From Scyliorhinus canicula (Eukaryota), in the NCBI RefSeq assembly GCF_902713615.1, contig NC_052161.1, positions 124,952,678-125,016,677 on the forward strand: a DNA stretch of 64,000 nt, given 5' to 3'. Shown here one piece after another: positions 59,092 to 64,000 of this stretch. How positions within the stretch are numbered: position 1 is the stretch's first letter; every line of letters starts with the position of its first letter. A program made the position numbers and the translations under genes. The notes under the pieces were generated by a model that was given only the letters and a program-made list of their open reading frames with translations, was not told the origin of the DNA and did not search any database.

Positions 59092-60328
59092 TAGAACATA
59101 GAACATGGAAAAGTACAACACAGTACAGGCCCTTCAGCCCACGATGTTGTGCCGACCATTTATCCTAATCTAAGATCAACCTAACCTACACTCCTTTAAT
59201 TTACTGCTGTCCATGTGTCTGTCTAAGAGTCGCTTAAATGTCCCTAATGACTCTGACTCCACCACCTCCGCTGGCAGTGCATTCCACGCACTCACCACTC
59301 TGTGTAAAGAACCGACCTCTGATATCTCCCCTATACCTTCCTCCAATCACCTTTAAATGATGTCCCCCCCCCCCCCCCGTGACAGCCATTTCCACCCTGG
59401 GGAAAAGTCTCTGGCTATCCACTCTATTCATGCCTCTCATCACCTTGTACACCTCTATCAAATCATCTCTCTTCCTTCTTCACTCCAGTGAGAAAAGCCC
59501 TAGCTCCCTCAACCTTTCTTCATAAGACATGCCCTCCAGTCCAGGCAGCATCCTGGTAAATCTCCTCTCTACCCTCTCCAAGGCATCCACATCCTTCCTA
59601 TAGTGAGGTGACCAGAACTGGACACAATATTCCGTGTGGTCTAACTAGAGTTTTATAAAGCTGCAGCAAAACCTTGCAGCTCTTAAACTCAATCCCCCTG
59701 TTAATGAAAGCCAACATACCATATGCCTTCTTAACAACCCTATCAACCTGGGTGGCAACTTTGAGGGATCTATGTACGTGGACCCCAAGATCCCTCTGTT
59801 CCTCCACACTTCCAAGAATCCTGCCTTTAACCTTGTATTTAGCATTCAAATTCGAACTTCCAAAATTAATCACTTCACGTTTATCAAGGTTGAACTCCAT
59901 CTATCACTTCTCAATCCAGCTCTGCACCCTGTCAATATCCTGCTGTAACCTGCAACAACCCTCAACACTATCTACAACTCCCCCAACCTTCGTGTCATTG
60001 GCTAACTTACTAACCCACCCTTCCACTTCCTCACCAAGCCATTTATAAAAACCACAAAGAGCAGAGGTCCTAGAACAGAACTTTGCGGGACACCGCTGGT
60101 CACTGACTTCCAGGCGGAATACTTTCCATTCACTACCACTCATTGTCTTCTTTTGGCCAGCCAATTCTGTATCCAGACAGCCAAATTTCTCTGTATCCCA
60201 TGCCCCCTAACTTTCTGAATGAGCCTACCATGGGGAAGCTTATCAAATGCCTTACTGAAATCCATATACACCACATCCATTGCCCGACTTTCATCAATGT
60301 GTCTCATCACATCCTCAAAGAATTCAAT
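59092..60328 (-). mobile_element. CR1 (HER1-like) LINE, 3' portion of RT to tail
   Basis: [61 protein letters not shown]; tail ends in (ttctatg)-type repeats. Confidence 0.93.
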
Positions 60329-62504
60329 GAGGCGACTTCCGGTGGTGGCTATGAGGGAGTAAGTCGCACATTTGGTGGCTCCCGCTCTGGCCGGACTTTT
60401 GGACTCTTTTTCCCCGGCTTTTTTGCAGTTTTGAGCACTGGCTTTGAAGGTGAAGACAATTTGGCACTGGATCCACACATTGGTGTATGGAACGAAGAAC
60501 CCCAAGGGATCGAAAGGGGAGAAATAAGAAGATAAGCAAGGGCTGGGTGGAGGTTGCGGCTGAAGACAATATGGCTGATGTTTGGACCCCTGCTGTGACG
60601 GCCCAACCATCAACGGAGGAGCTGATGCAGGTCATCCAAGAGGGCTTTGCTAGGCAGAAACGGGACTGTCTTGACCCGATAAAGGAAGCGATCGATCGGC
60701 TGGAGGGCAGGCTGGATGCCCAGAATCGGACGATTCAGAAGCTGGAGAAAGCGTTGGCGGACCAGGATATCACCAAATGGTGATGGAGATGGAGGTGGGG
60801 ATGCTGAAGGATCAGAAAAAGGGGATGCTGGAGAAGGTGGAAGATCTGGAGACCAGAGCTCGCCGGCAGAACTTTAGAATTTTTGGTCTCCCGGAGGGGG
60901 CTGATGCTGGCGCGTTTCTGGCGAGTATGTTTCAGAAGCTTCTGGGGAAGGGGGCTTTTCCCAGACCGTTGGAGGTGGACAGGGTGTACAGAGCGATGGT
61001 GAGGAAGCCGTGGCCGGGGGACCCCCCAAGGGCGATGGTGGTCCGGTTCCACGGGTTTTTGGATAAGGAGTGTGTTCTCCAGTGGGCCAAGCGTACGCGG
61101 AGCTGCAAATGGGACAATAGCATTTTGCGTGTTTATCAGGATCTGCACAGTAAGCCAACACCAGGTTAAAGTCCAACAGGTTTGTTTCAAACACTAGCTT
61201 TCGGAGCGCTGCTCCTTCCTCAGGATCTGAGCATGGAGGTGGCCAGAAGGAGGGCAGGCTTCAATCAAGTTAAGGCGATCCTGTTCAAGAAGAAGGTGAA
61301 ACTGGGCTGCTATACCCGGTGCGTCTTTGGGTTATGCACGAGGACCAGCACCATTATTTTGAATCGCCTGAAGACGTGATGGACTTTGTCAAGAAGAAAG
61401 GGCTGGTGCTGAACTGAGAACTTTTTGTTTTAAGTTGTAACTTTTTTGAGTGACGTTTATATGTTTTGATTGTCGTTTCTCTTCTGCATTTGAGTTTGGT
61501 TGAAGATGGGGGAAGTAAAAGTTATTTGGTTTCTATGGGTTTTCGGTGTTTTAGTGGGGGTTTTTACTTTTGATGACGTTGATTTCATTATTGGGGTTTT
61601 TTTTGTGGGTTTTTCATTTTGGGTTGTCTCTTACGTTAATTGGGCGATTGTTTGGGGTCGGTATGATGAGGGAAGTGTTTTCGATGGGCGGGGGGAGGGG
61701 AGTAGGGAACAATAGGTGGGAGACTTCTTGACGCCGGAGGCGAGGGCCACCAGGCTAGCTGGGTGAGCTAGTCTATGGAAGCACAGTGGGGGGTGTGCAT
61801 ATGATTAATATATGGCAGGGGCTAGGTTACAAAGTGGTGTTGCTGGGGGGGGGGGGGGGGAGAGTTACTCTGCTGACGAGGGAGGGACTTTCGGGACAGA
61901 GAGGAGATTGGGGTGGGGGCTGCCAGGAGGCGGGCTGATGGAGAGATGGCGCAAGGGCTGGAGGCGGGCGTAGGAAAGGGGATGGCTGATCGGCATGGGG
62001 GGGGGCGTGGTGCCCCCCAACTAGTCTGATCACCTGGAATGTTAGACGGTTGAATGGGCCGGGCAAGAGGGCACGTGTGTTCGCGCATCTGAGAGCTCTG
62101 AAGGCGGACGTGGTAATGTTACAGGAGACACACCTGAAAGTGGCGGATCAAGTCAGGCTAAGGAAGGGTTGGGTTAATCAGGTCTTTCATTTGGGAGAGG
62201 ACTCCAAGACTAGAGGGGTGGCAATTTTGATCAACAAGTGGGTGCAATTTCAGGTGGGCAGTATAATCTCGGACGGGGGGGGGGGGCCGTTGTGTCATGG
62301 TTAGTGTTAAGCTGGAGGGGAGGAAGGTAGTCTTGGTTAACGTGTACCCGCCAAATTGAGACGATGTGGAATTTATAAAGAGGTTCCTGGGGAAGATACC
62401 TGATCTGGACTTGCACAAGCTGGTTATGGGAGGGGATTTTAGAACAGTCATCGACCCGGCCTGGACCGGTCGTGTTTGTAAACGGGGAGGGTGGCAGCAA
62501 TGGC

Positions 62505-62535
<31 letters not shown>

Positions 62536-63444
62536 TGACCCATGGAGGTTTAGGCAGCCGACGAGGAAGGATTTTTCTTTTTATTCGCATGTTCACAAGG
62601 TTTATTCCCGGATTGATTTTTTCATTTTGAGCAGGGATTTACTGGCGGGGGTGGTGAACACGGGGTACTCGGCTATCACTATTTCAGATCATGCCCCACA
62701 TTGGGTGGAACTGCAGGTGAGTGAGGAGAGCTTCCAGCGCCTGCAATGGAGGTTGGATGTGGGCTTGTTGGCGGACGAGGCGGTGTGCGAGAAGCTGAGG
62801 AAGTGCATGTAGAATTACCTGCAGGTTAATGACACGGGGGAAGTCTCAGCTACGGTGGTCTGGGAGACGCTGAAGGCAGTGGTGAGAGGTGAGCTGATCT
62901 TGACCTGGGCTCATAGGGACAGGACGGACAGGGCAGAGACGAACCAACTGGTTAAGGAGATTCTACAGATAGACAGAAGGTATGCGGTGACCCCGGGGGT
63001 GGAGCTCTTAAGGGAACGTCGGAGGTTGCAGGGCGGAGTTCGGGGTGCTGTCCACAGGTAAGGCAGTGGAGCAGCTTAGAAAGGCGAGAGGTACGTTTTA
63101 TGAACATGGGGAGAAGGCCAGCAGAATGCTGGCACAGCAGCTTATGAAGAGGGAGGCAGCCAGGGAAATAGAGAGGGTGGTGGATGAGGATGGGAATTTG
63201 GTCGGGGAATTGGCAGGGATAAACAGGGCGTTCAGGGATTTTTACAGCAGGCTCTATCGCTCGGAACCCACCACGGGGCCCAAGGGGATGAGACACTTTT
63301 TGGACGGACTGACCTTCCCAAGGGTGGGTAGGGAGCTGATAGATGGGCTAGGGGCCCCGATTAGGGCTGAAGACATAGTTGAGGGCTTGAAGGCAATGCT
63401 GCCGGGTAAAGCCCCGGGGCTGGACGGGTATCCCGAGGAGATCG
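60329..63444 (+). mobile_element. L1-clade LINE with intact 5' end, frameshifted ORF1 (about 60570-61417) and partial ORF2 (endonuclease from about 61982)
   Basis: Starts gaggcgacttccgg; ORF1 LETRARRQNFRIFGLPEG, LRVYQDL; ORF2 LITWNVRRLNG...MLQETHL, GGDF, YSRIDFF, SDHAP, GKAPGLDGYP. Confidence 0.93.
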
Positions 63445-64000
63445 AGTGAAGGCAAGCATCCAGCAGAGAGCAGCAGAGCAGAGCTTCTGATTGGCTGTTC
63501 CGGGGAGATTTGCATACGTGCAGTACGGTCAGCGTAAGTTGAAGGTGGTCTGTGAAGGGGCTGTTCTCGAGTGACAGCTTTACCCGAAACACTACTTACG
63601 TAGTGTCTCCCACCCATCCTCCTCCTGTAACCAAAAAAAGTTTTGGAGCTGGATGAACTTCGGATCATTCGGAAGGCGGAGGGGGTTATTGAGAGGAGTT
63701 ATAGGGAGGTAGTCACACCTCAGGTAAAAGAAGAAAGTGGATGGGTTACCGTCAGGGGAGGGAGAGGGAACCGGCAGGCAGTGCAGGGATCCCCTGTGGT
63801 CGGTTCCCTCTATAACAAGTATACCGTTTTGGATACTGTTGCGGGGGATGACTTACCAGGGGTAAGCAATGGGGCACAGGTCTCTGGCACAGAGTTTGTC
63901 CCTGTTGCTCAGAAGGGAAGGGAGAAGAGGAACAGAGCACTTGTTATTGGGGACCCCATAGTTAGAGGAACAGACAGGAGGTTCTGTGGGAACGAAAGAG
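63445..64000 (+). mobile_element. CR1 LINE 5' UTR and ORF1 fragment, running off the window
   Basis: LELDELRIIRKAEGVIERSYREVVTP...WVTVRG...NKYTVLDTV...RALVIGDPIVRGTDRRFCG (GDS esterase block); collinear with the ORF1 relic at 8731-9072. Confidence 0.85.

Noticed and set aside
43000-64000. DNAJC11 3' exons expected from synteny
   Set aside because: No recognisable DNAJC11 peptide in the ORF track or by eye; small exons could have been missed.

Overview
Vertebrate genomic DNA, most likely a shark (the dominant repeat is an HE1/V-SINE-type element typical of elasmobranchs; a catshark is plausible but not provable here). It carries the conserved block KLHL21 (minus strand; first coding exon at 1-517 runs off the left edge), PHF13 (plus strand; last two exons at 24414-26184 and 28986-29212, the first two probably lost in the 100-N gap at 22850-22949) and THAP3 (plus strand; 4 coding exons, 35026-42846). 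The rest is dense transposon material: more than 25 tRNA-headed SINEs with swapped tails, CR1, L1, L2, Tx1, Penelope, Gypsy/LTR relics and minisatellites. The most striking feature is an in-frame coding minisatellite of 80 x 15 bp with no net indel inside the PHF13 penultimate exon, adding 400 aa of PLAQ(Q/E/H/K) pentapeptides to a protein of about 300 aa in mammals. Also notable: degenerate tandem copies of the THAP3 exon-1 donor region in intron 1, an ORF1-only L1 derivative with an 18-bp TSD, and a decayed coiled-coil ORF of unknown origin. Gene and repeat-family names come from recalled sequences and motifs, not database searches; repeat boundaries are approximate.
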